Source of the DNA: a virus
IMG/VR virus record: IMGVR_UViG_3300046804_006785
DNA length: 64,000 nucleotides
Direction: 5' to 3' (one strand)
The notes under the pieces are model-generated. The model did not search any database and was not told the DNA's origin. It saw nothing but the letters and a program-made list of their open reading frames with translations. How positions within the stretch are numbered: the first letter of the stretch is position 1; every line of letters begins with the position of its first letter. The translations under genes and the position numbers were made by a program. Below, piece after piece: positions 57,601 through 64,000 of the stretch.

Positions 57601-60600
57601 AGCCATTAGCAGTGTCATGAAGGTTGTACCTACAGGTTTAGGTACTGGTGCAAATTCTAATTTTGCAACTGCTGGTTATGGTGTTGATGCTGTTGTTGAT
57701 ACTTTGTCTGTACCTTTAGATTTATATAGAAAATCTAAATCTAAATCTAAATCTAAAGTTGGTCAGGGTTTACCAGTGAAAGATGCTATAGCTTCTAGTG
57801 TTGCAGATTATGGCGCACCTCAAGGAATAGCTAATGTTGTGGGGTCACTCGGTGCAAAACTTCACTCACCCTTAAATAATTTCATTAAGATCGGTAAACA
57901 GACTAACGAAGGTTTGAGCCAAGGTATATTAAGCACGGTTGCCTTATCTTCTAAAGCTATAAATACTACTGGTGACGCTATTCAAAATCAGATTAAACAA
58001 AACATGGGTATTAGTTCACCTTCAAAGGTGATGATTGCCTTGGGTGTAATGATTGCGTCAGGTCTGGCTATTGGTATTAAACAGGGTGCTGTTGACGTAT
58101 CAGGTGCTAGTAAGTTTTTGACTAATGAAGTTGATAAGATTGAATACACAATTGATAAAACATTAGCGTTAGCTTATTTAAGCTTGCCTCAGAAATTTAG
58201 AAATAAAATTGATTCTTTAGCTTTTAATTACCAATTACATAAACCAGATGTAGCTAAAGAAGTAGCTAATAAATCAAGTGCTGTAGGTGAATCTTTTAAA
58301 GGAATAGGCGAATCAGATCAATCTAACAATCCTTTAGTCGGTTTATTGTCAGCAATTAAAAAAGATTTTGGTAATAACACTGTTTTAGGTAATTTATTTA
58401 ATAGTGTCAAATCTGCATTTAGCAAAGGCGGAAGTTTAAAAGACATTGGTATTAATTTAATAACCTCTTTTGGGCAAGGATTCTTGTCTGCAAATGGTGG
58501 CGTTTTAGGGATAGTTACTAAGTTTGCTACAGGTATATTATCTACAATTAAAAGAATATTTGGGATTGCATCCCCATCAAAAGTTATGCTAGAAATGGGT
58601 CTAGATTTTGGTGAGGGTTTTGAAGATGGTGCTGTAGCTGCTTTAGTCTTAGCTAACAAGAGAATTGCTGATTTAATGGTTAAAACAGTTAATGAAAGTA
58701 AGACAGCCACAGAATCTCAAAAAGCTCTTGTAGCTAACTATGCGGCTAATATAGACGCATATCATCAAACAATTTCTAAAGGTTACAGAGAAGGTAAGTA
58801 TAACAAATCAAAGGATCTTAATGTTGCTCAAGATTTAGCAGACGGTGTAAGAGAAGGTAAATCAATGGCGGTCGACCTTGGCTTGCCTAATGTTAAAACA
58901 AACATATCAAGTATATTACAACAGTCTAAGCGAGCTGTTAATTCTCTACCTGAAGACTATGAAGCACAGAATGTCAAAAATAATCTTGCAACAACTGGAG
59001 GAAAAAACTCAGATGTGCTTGCGAGACAGAAAAAATTGTATGCAAACATACGTAGACTCAGATTACAAGCTCCCTCTCAGTCCTCTTCTATAGGAACAGA
59101 TGCTAGTGAATTAGCTAGACTACAACAGGAATTAACTCAGGCACGAAAAGACTCACTAAATAGCGATGCTTCAGTTAGATTAAAAGAGTCAAAGCGTTTA
59201 TTTGATATGTATAGCTTACAGTTTAATAATCTGAACGAAGCTAAACAAAAAGCAGAAAGTGAATTATTATTACCTTCTAAGGGCTTAGCTCGTTTATTTA
59301 ATACAGGTAAAAGAAAACAAAAACAACAGGAAATTGCAGACTATACACAAGGAATAGAATTAGTACAAGCAAAATTAAAAGAAGCTTCTGAAAACTACCA
59401 GAAAGAACGGCAGTTAAACGAACAAAACAGAGAAAATCTTAAAAGAGCATCAGAAGCTTTTTACGCGCAATACAATAAAGTTCCATTAATACCAACAACG
59501 TCAGAACCCTTTGCTCCTATAACTGGAGCATCAAAAACCGTACGGAGATTAGTAAGAAAGAGTAAACAACACCAAATACCAGATCCTCAGAACAGTCCAG
59601 TACAGGAGACATTAACTAATTTAGCTAGTACAGTTCAGCAAACTCAGCAAACAAGACCTCACTTATCAACTAGAACACAAGCTACACAGCCCTACCCACC
59701 CATACGTATTAACTTAAATGCGTTAATGGCTGGTAATATGTCTCGGTTATTTGATCGTTATTCACAAATTCCAGATCCTTGGTCTACTGCTCCTGGAAGC
59801 GGTGTAATCAATTTCCCAGCACCACAAATACCTCAGCCAAATACAACTTCACAATTAGGTCAGTTTATTGTATACCACGCTAGATCATGGCCACAGTCTA
59901 CCACTATAAACCAACCATTTAATCCTTCTCCTAGACCTGTACCTCCTGTACCTCCTGTACCTCCAGTACCTCCTAGACCTGTACCTCCTGTACCTCCAGT
60001 ACCTCCTAGACCTGTACCTCCATCACCTCCATCACCTCCATCACCGCCCACACCGCCCATACCTCCAGTACCGCCCACACCCCCTATACCTCCAGTACCA
60101 CCCACACCGCCCATACCTCCAGTACCGCCCACACCCCCTATACCTCCAGTACCACCAACAATGATGAGTCAGTATTTGAGTCTGGGTAAAGACTTAATTA
60201 CTAATCTATTTACTGCTGTTGGTGATAGTGTTCGTCAAAGCACACTTTCTGGTTATGCTTCATTAGGTCAGGTGATGCGTAATGCTGTAAACGCTGCCTT
60301 ATTCTCCCTTGCTGATACTTTGAAACAACCGCTCTATCAAGGTTTGTTGTCTCAAAGTCGCTCTATAATGCCTTGGTTTATGAAGTTCATACCCAAGACA
60401 TTACAACTTGTACCAATGCTGAAACCATTGATACCTGTACTGGGCGGCTTAACTTTAGGGTTGGGTAATGCAATTATCAAAAATTTACTTAATAATGATG
60501 TCTTAAAACCAGGTGGGTTCTTAACAAAATTATTAAGTTCTGTTACCAGAATAGATTTATCTTCTTTATCTGGACAGAAAACACACGGGATAATAGGTGG

Positions 60601-63600
60601 AATATCTCGAATGTTAAACCCCATTCCTAGTATGTTCCCTCTACCTCCAGTTGCAGGTGTAGGTATGGGCGGATCAATGCTAGGTATGTTTGGAATGTTT
60701 ATGAATACCTTTGGTGGTATCTTAGGGTTGGATCAATCATTAAGATCAAATCCAAGAAACCAAGCTCCTACTGTTGAAAGGGTCTTACAAGAACAAACGG
60801 CAGCTAATCGCAAAAAAGCAGGATTAGGTAATGCTAAAGGTACTAAAGCTAGTCAACAATTAATTGAGAATTTAGGTAATACTGCCATAGATAGTGTTTT
60901 AGAAAATCTCAATATTCCTATGATTCCTACTTCTGTTATACAAGGGTTAACAGGGAATAAACTAAAACAACAATCAGGAACAATTGTAGAGGTTATTAAC
61001 TCTCTTGGTGTTCAAAGAAGCAGGACTGAGCAATTATTAGAAAGAACTGTTAAATCAGGTCGTACAAATGTTAGCAAAAGAACAGAGATACTAACTAAGC
61101 AAGCATTGAAAGAGCGCGGTATAGACGCAAAAACTCGCGACTCTATGACTACAGATGAGTTAGCAAGAGCTAGACAGAATATTATTGGCAAACCACTGGC
61201 ACTGACTGATAATGAACGAAAATTAATGTTAGCTATGGGTAATGTTCAAGATTCTGGAATACCTCTTAGTCCTAAGCAAGCTCAAAGATTAGATATACTC
61301 ACTGCCAAAGTTTTAAAAGAACGCGGTCAGATTAAGGATTTTCAAAAAATTAGGCAAGCTGGTGGGTTAGATACTTTCCGTCAAGATTTAGTTAATAATC
61401 CACGCACGGGCAAATTTGTTGGCAGACTTACAGAAGCTTATGCTGGTAATGATCAAGAGGCTATGAAGGGATTGCTGTTAGAAGGCTTGAGAAAAGCTGG
61501 TATGTCTTCACAGCAACTTAAAAACATAGATCCTAAACTTTTAGATACGGCTACTGCGGGTTTGATGGCATCCTTAACTGGCTTGCAAGCTAAGTTTAAG
61601 GAGAAGGGCTTTGATATGGGTAAATCCATAGCCCAAGGTTTTAAAGACTCTGTACGTAATCTTGCTAATGCTAAGGATGACCTGGAATATAATGCTAAAA
61701 AAGCACTAGGTCAAGCTAATTTTGGCGATGCCGTTGGTGTCATCTTTAAGCGCATGAGTCGGGGTACTGTAGCTACCCAGGATCAATTTAAGGAAATGTA
61801 CAACCAGATGGGATCTGGTGTGAAAAAAGTTCTGTTTAGCGATCCAAAAAAAGCTGACGCAACTTTCCCGAATGTGTTGCAATTTATGGGGTCTATTGCT
61901 GCAACTTTAGCACCTGTAACATCTTTGTTTGCTTCCTTAAGTCCCTTATTCTTACCTCTAGCTCCGATTATTGGTGGTATAGGTGCGGCTGTGAGTATGG
62001 TTTCACCTCATGTAGCTAAACTCATGGATGGTATTCAGCGAGTAGAAATATTACAAAGAAGGTTTACTTTCTTAGGCGGATCTAAAGCAGGTGGCGAAGC
62101 AGAATTTAAGTATGCCAAAGACATTGCTAATAAAATGAATGTCCCCTCTGAAACTGCGGCTAATGCTTATTCTCAGTTAGCTATAGCAGCCAAGGATAGT
62201 AAGATGGAAGGACAAGGTGTCAAAGATTTGTTTGAAGGTATTACAGCATCTCTAAGCACGTTAGGTATTGGTGGTCACGATGCAAGTTTAGTCTTCATGG
62301 CTTATACGCAAATCCTGGCTAAAGGTAAGCTGTCAATGGAAGAATTAAGACAGCAATTGGGTGAGAAATTCCCGCCAGCTATGGGTGTATTTGCTAAGGC
62401 TATGGGTGTGTCAGTACCAGAAATGAACGCTCTCATCTCGTCTGGTAGTGTTTTATCTCAAGATATCTTACCTAAAGTTGCTAAAGTACTCAAACAAGAT
62501 TATGGTAATTCGGCTGCTAGTCAAGCGGGTGGGCTAGTAGTTGCATTAAATAAACTAGGTAATGTGGGTTTTGAGATAACCACAATCTTTACTGATAAGT
62601 TAGGCGGAACTCTAGGTTTCTTTGTTAGTACTTTTGCTGATGGCTTATCTTTGTTCAGTAAGAGTCTTGGAGCGTTAATACCTTTAGGTCAATCTTTTGC
62701 CATTGGTTTTGCTGCCACTATAGGTATCGGGTTAACAGTAATCATGACTAAGTTTAAACCCTTGGTTACTTTACTTGGATCTTTGCAAAACCTATTGATG
62801 GCAACTTTTTCAGTTGTAGCTACTAACATGATGCCGATGATTATTGGTGTCACTGCTGATGTTGCTGATAATTGGTTAGGTGCTGAAAAAGACATGATCG
62901 CTAACATGAAAGATGGTATCACCAATATGGTTGTTGCCACTTTTAGCACTATAGACTCGGTTATGCGATCTATGAGTGATGGCAATGTCAGCTTCTCATC
63001 TATGTTTGGCAGCTTAGTACAAGGTGCTGAACAAGCAGGTAATATGATTGACTGGCTTAAAGGTGTGTTTAGTGGGTTCTTTAAAGTCATACCTCCAGGA
63101 TTCATTGAACTACTAGCAATGGTGTTCATGTTTGAACAAGGTGCAGGGCTAATGACAATGGCTTTAGCTCCTGCTTTTAAAGGATTCTTCGGCGCATTAA
63201 CTGGGATGCTTGGCGGCGCAGCTAAAGCCTTTGTAGGTGTCATGACCTCAATGAAGGTTGCTAGTGAGTTAATGATGACTTCTATGGGTGCAGCTATAAC
63301 CGCTAGTGAAGCAAGAATTAAAATCTTCTCAGCTACTTTAGGATTTTTGAGAACTGCGTTAACTCATATAGGTGTCGCTTTTGCCATATTAATGTTTTCT
63401 AAAGGTGACTTTAGCAATCCTATGGGTGATTCACTCAAGGAAGCAACTAAGGAACTCAATAATGGTTTGACTGAGATTAGAGCCAATGTTCAAAAAACGG
63501 CGGACTCCTTTGATAAAGCAACTAACAATGTTAAAAAGTTAGGCGGATCACTAGCTGACACATTACCTTCTAAAGGCGTACAGCTTGACATTAGAAGCTT

Positions 63601-64000
63601 CTGGGGTGGTGGTGACTTTAAATGGGATGATGCAGTTAAGGCAAGAAATAAAGGTCAAGCTAATCCAGTAATGGATTTTCTTGGTGTAGGTGCTTTAGGT
63701 GCTGCTGGTGCTGGTGCTGCGTATGCTGCTGGTGTAGGTTTAGCTTCGGCTACTACTGCGGCTTCTATGGCTGCGTCTGCCGCTACGGTTTCCAATGCTG
63801 CTTTGCTTGCTTCAGGCGCATCCGGTCCACTTATGGCAATCCCTCTGATGGGTAAGCTTGCTATGGCAGTAGCCCCCGCAGTAGCGGCTTTTGCTCCTGT
63901 TGTATTAGCTGTTGCTGGTTTGGCTGCAGCTATAACATTAGCCACTAAGGCTCTCGACTTATTTGCTCCTAAACTGACAAAAAAACAAAAAGAATTTCTT
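54605..64000 (+). CDS. Tape measure protein (>3100 codons, runs off window; absent from ORF track)
   Basis: MNLGELIVELCADTAQLE start with AGGAG RBS; repeated I.SPS motifs; same frame AYTQILAKGKLSMEELRQQLGEKFP at about 62300 (frame checked at several points, not every codon). Confidence 0.9.
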   Translation, partial: MNLGELIVELCADTAQLEKSLEQAKKKAYEAAASIEKSFDKINLEINVDDDSLADLNKHLNLKVQHLKEVNKYFNNNPIVVNVDDDQLVDLNKHLHTKVQHLKEVNKYFNSNPITVNTDVTKLDELEQRLGNLSSKTITITVESDLSKQLEKSLTDAVQSAVRDAVSEQSATSQQQSQRESAPSNRPQRVDVVASPMRSIVDGLFEGVGKKLTKGLDRSIEDAVGVNMDTMTRISGNMLLRYFGVGKKAQSDPKNEQKRVETIVKDGVSAFIRSHDGKTGKGGTGRGRTARPSGDDDLGVDFDSVSRIASNSTLRYFGVGKKAQSDPKNQQAKLKAIIEDAIREYSGRDIGQDNSGVISRTFSEINTAFSDSINISVESIAQRAKLATIRQVRKSASSVTQNSSSGVQNAVSGFFDAAESGESGAITKYIGQGLASQSKKTVEAVFSKIFPNVSSSIKGLLGTGLPNQTSAPVVKSSSDTLREAATDLKNAAKALSEATINLGSATNTVKSLPSNKATDSSVINTTLNDSLPLPKQLPAKENKVPLPLPAKKRELEPIPVNIPEQIKPLFQTIQSEIVKNIDISQGYKDATAAENKLIPLPPVSSDKTANTKKYAQTSLDEIDKALTSIKKYFADEYKRIQAKVKQATTVGTHEEIKSARAEVTTFVKKSREAVATVDRFVKTGEDAGFSKDINSELSAIHSKGKAPIARNASSAEKLEGKLNLADKKLFDQQLKGYTELATVYGVEIPRGLQNGIKHGAGGVSDAARVMLDDFIKVVQTKMQIQSPSWLMFEMGLMITSGLFLGMQKGNSKVAQGARQIVSTVTDIVGAVKTFADPALGAASVIPGLTSISTYGSAGLSATDTGLKILGKVGERHAANPSETLFQSVGGSAKDFVNSIVADKTLTTPRAAFDHTINIAKAGALGLGANPMTVSAVDAAQAGMTALLRNSAITKAVTQAHGQTKAKLQADTSLDYMSTFKSVLNDNLKDLKLSKSEIVRAISSVMKVVPTGLGTGANSNFATAGYGVDAVVDTLSVPLDLYRKSKSKSKSKVGQGLPVKDAIASSVADYGAPQGIANVVGSLGAKLHSPLNNFIKIGKQTNEGLSQGILSTVALSSKAINTTGDAIQNQIKQNMGISSPSKVMIALGVMIASGLAIGIKQGAVDVSGASKFLTNEVDKIEYTIDKTLALAYLSLPQKFRNKIDSLAFNYQLHKPDVAKEVANKSSAVGESFKGIGESDQSNNPLVGLLSAIKKDFGNNTVLGNLFNSVKSAFSKGGSLKDIGINLITSFGQGFLSANGGVLGIVTKFATGILSTIKRIFGIASPSKVMLEMGLDFGEGFEDGAVAALVLANKRIADLMVKTVNESKTATESQKALVANYAANIDAYHQTISKGYREGKYNKSKDLNVAQDLADGVREGKSMAVDLGLPNVKTNISSILQQSKRAVNSLPEDYEAQNVKNNLATTGGKNSDVLARQKKLYANIRRLRLQAPSQSSSIGTDASELARLQQELTQARKDSLNSDASVRLKESKRLFDMYSLQFNNLNEAKQKAESELLLPSKGLARLFNTGKRKQKQQEIADYTQGIELVQAKLKEASENYQKERQLNEQNRENLKRASEAFYAQYNKVPLIPTTSEPFAPITGASKTVRRLVRKSKQHQIPDPQNSPVQETLTNLASTVQQTQQTRPHLSTRTQATQPYPPIRINLNALMAGNMSRLFDRYSQIPDPWSTAPGSGVINFPAPQIPQPNTTSQLGQFIVYHARSWPQSTTINQPFNPSPRPVPPVPPVPPVPPRPVPPVPPVPPRPVPPSPPSPPSPPTPPIPPVPPTPPIPPVPPTPPIPPVPPTPPIPPVPPTMMSQYLSLGKDLITNLFTAVGDSVRQSTLSGYASLGQVMRNAVNAALFSLADTLKQPLYQGLLSQSRSIMPWFMKFIPKTLQLVPMLKPLIPVLGGLTLGLGNAIIKNLLNNDVLKPGGFLTKLLSSVTRIDLSSLSGQKTHGIIGGISRMLNPIPSMFPLPPVAGVGMGGSMLGMFGMFMNTFGGILGLDQSLRSNPRNQAPTVERVLQEQTAANRKKAGLGNAKGTKASQQLIENLGNTAIDSVLENLNIPMIPTSVIQGLTGNKLKQQSGTIVEVINSLGVQRSRTEQLLERTVKSGRTNVSKRTEILTKQALKERGIDAKTRDSMTTDELARARQNIIGKPLALTDNERKLMLAMGNVQDSGIPLSPKQAQRLDILTAKVLKERGQIKDFQKIRQAGGLDTFRQDLVNNPRTGKFVGRLTEAYAGNDQEAMKGLLLEGLRKAGMSSQQLKNIDPKLLDTATAGLMASLTGLQAKFKEKGFDMGKSIAQGFKDSVRNLANAKDDLEYNAKKALGQANFGDAVGVIFKRMSRGTVATQDQFKEMYNQMGSGVKKVLFSDPKKADATFPNVLQFMGSIAATLAPVTSLFASLSPLFLPLAPIIGGIGAAVSMVSPHVAKLMDGIQRVEILQRRFTFLGGSKAGGEAEFKYAKDIANKMNVPSETAANAYSQLAIAAKDSKMEGQGVKDLFEGITASLSTLGIGGHDASLVFMAYTQILAKGKLSMEELRQQLGEKFPPAMGVFAKAMGVSVPEMNALISSGSVLSQDILPKVAKVLKQDYGNSAASQAGGLVVALNKLGNVGFEITTIFTDKLGGTLGFFVSTFADGLSLFSKSLGALIPLGQSFAIGFAATIGIGLTVIMTKFKPLVTLLGSLQNLLMATFSVVATNMMPMIIGVTADVADNWLGAEKDMIANMKDGITNMVVATFSTIDSVMRSMSDGNVSFSSMFGSLVQGAEQAGNMIDWLKGVFSGFFKVIPPGFIELLAMVFMFEQGAGLMTMALAPAFKGFFGALTGMLGGAAKAFVGVMTSMKVASELMMTSMGAAITASEARIKIFSATLGFLRTALTHIGVAFAILMFSKGDFSNPMGDSLKEATKELNNGLTEIRANVQKTADSFDKATNNVKKLGGSLADTLPSKGVQLDIRSFWGGGDFKWDDAVKARNKGQANPVMDFLGVGALGAAGAGAAYAAGVGLASATTAASMAASAATVSNAALLASGASGPLMAIPLMGKLAMAVAPAVAAFAPVVLAVAGLAAAITLATKALDLFAPKLTKKQKEFL
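59923..60160 (+). repeat. Proline-rich tandem repeats inside the tape measure gene
   Basis: CCTCCWGTA and CCGCCCACACCCCCTATACCTCCAGTA units encoding PPV/PPT/PPI/PPS. Confidence 0.9.

Larger units (their letters stand above)
1..64000. mobile_element. Temperate phage / phage-plasmid segment (Caudoviricetes, siphovirus-like), probable cyanobacterial host
   Basis: Terminase, prohead protease, major capsid, tail tube, tail chaperone and tape measure genes plus a plasmid-type CyRepA1-like replicase; no host housekeeping genes; HIP1 GCGATCGC at 1052, 24691, 33682, 36867, 41436, 44273, 46479. Confidence 0.9.

Noticed and set aside
57731-57756. (AAATCT)n microsatellite
   Set aside because: In-frame KSKSKSK low-complexity linker within the tape measure protein
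59860-60132. Gly-rich minus-strand ORF, and other minus-strand ORFs from 56449 to 63945
   Set aside because: Antisense shadows of the tape measure gene
1-64000. tRNA, rRNA, integrase, transposase, cas1/cas2/cas6 or reverse transcriptase genes
   Set aside because: None recognised by eye; absence should be confirmed with tRNAscan and HMM searches

Overview
AT-rich 64 kb segment of a large long-tailed (siphovirus-like) temperate phage or phage-plasmid. The host is most likely a cyanobacterium: seven HIP1 GCGATCGC sites, a CyRepA1-type replicase and cyanobacterial-style CRISPR repeat ends. Left to right: (1) ATPase, regulators and KilA-N; (2) a two-repeat CRISPR-like mini-array whose spacer-position sequences are synonymous variants of the 3' end of the adjacent gene; (3) small promoter-gene-terminator cassettes; (4) a DNA-metabolism block (RuvC-like, SF2 helicase, PAPS-reductase-like, RecD/Dda-like); (5) a macrodomain followed by an array-less, rearranged type IV-B CRISPR-Cas-like operon (cas11-csf2-csf3-cysH-cupin-csf1); (6) helicase-GIY-YIG, GIY-YIG and AIPR genes; (7) the primase-helicase replicase with flanking origin-like DNA; (8) more cassettes, TerS, a ParB-methyltransferase and TerL; (9) head and tail genes with no recognisable portal, one inverted adaptor gene, a -1 frameshifted tail chaperone and a >3100-codon tape measure gene running off the window. 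All calls come from reading motifs by eye; no database searches were run.
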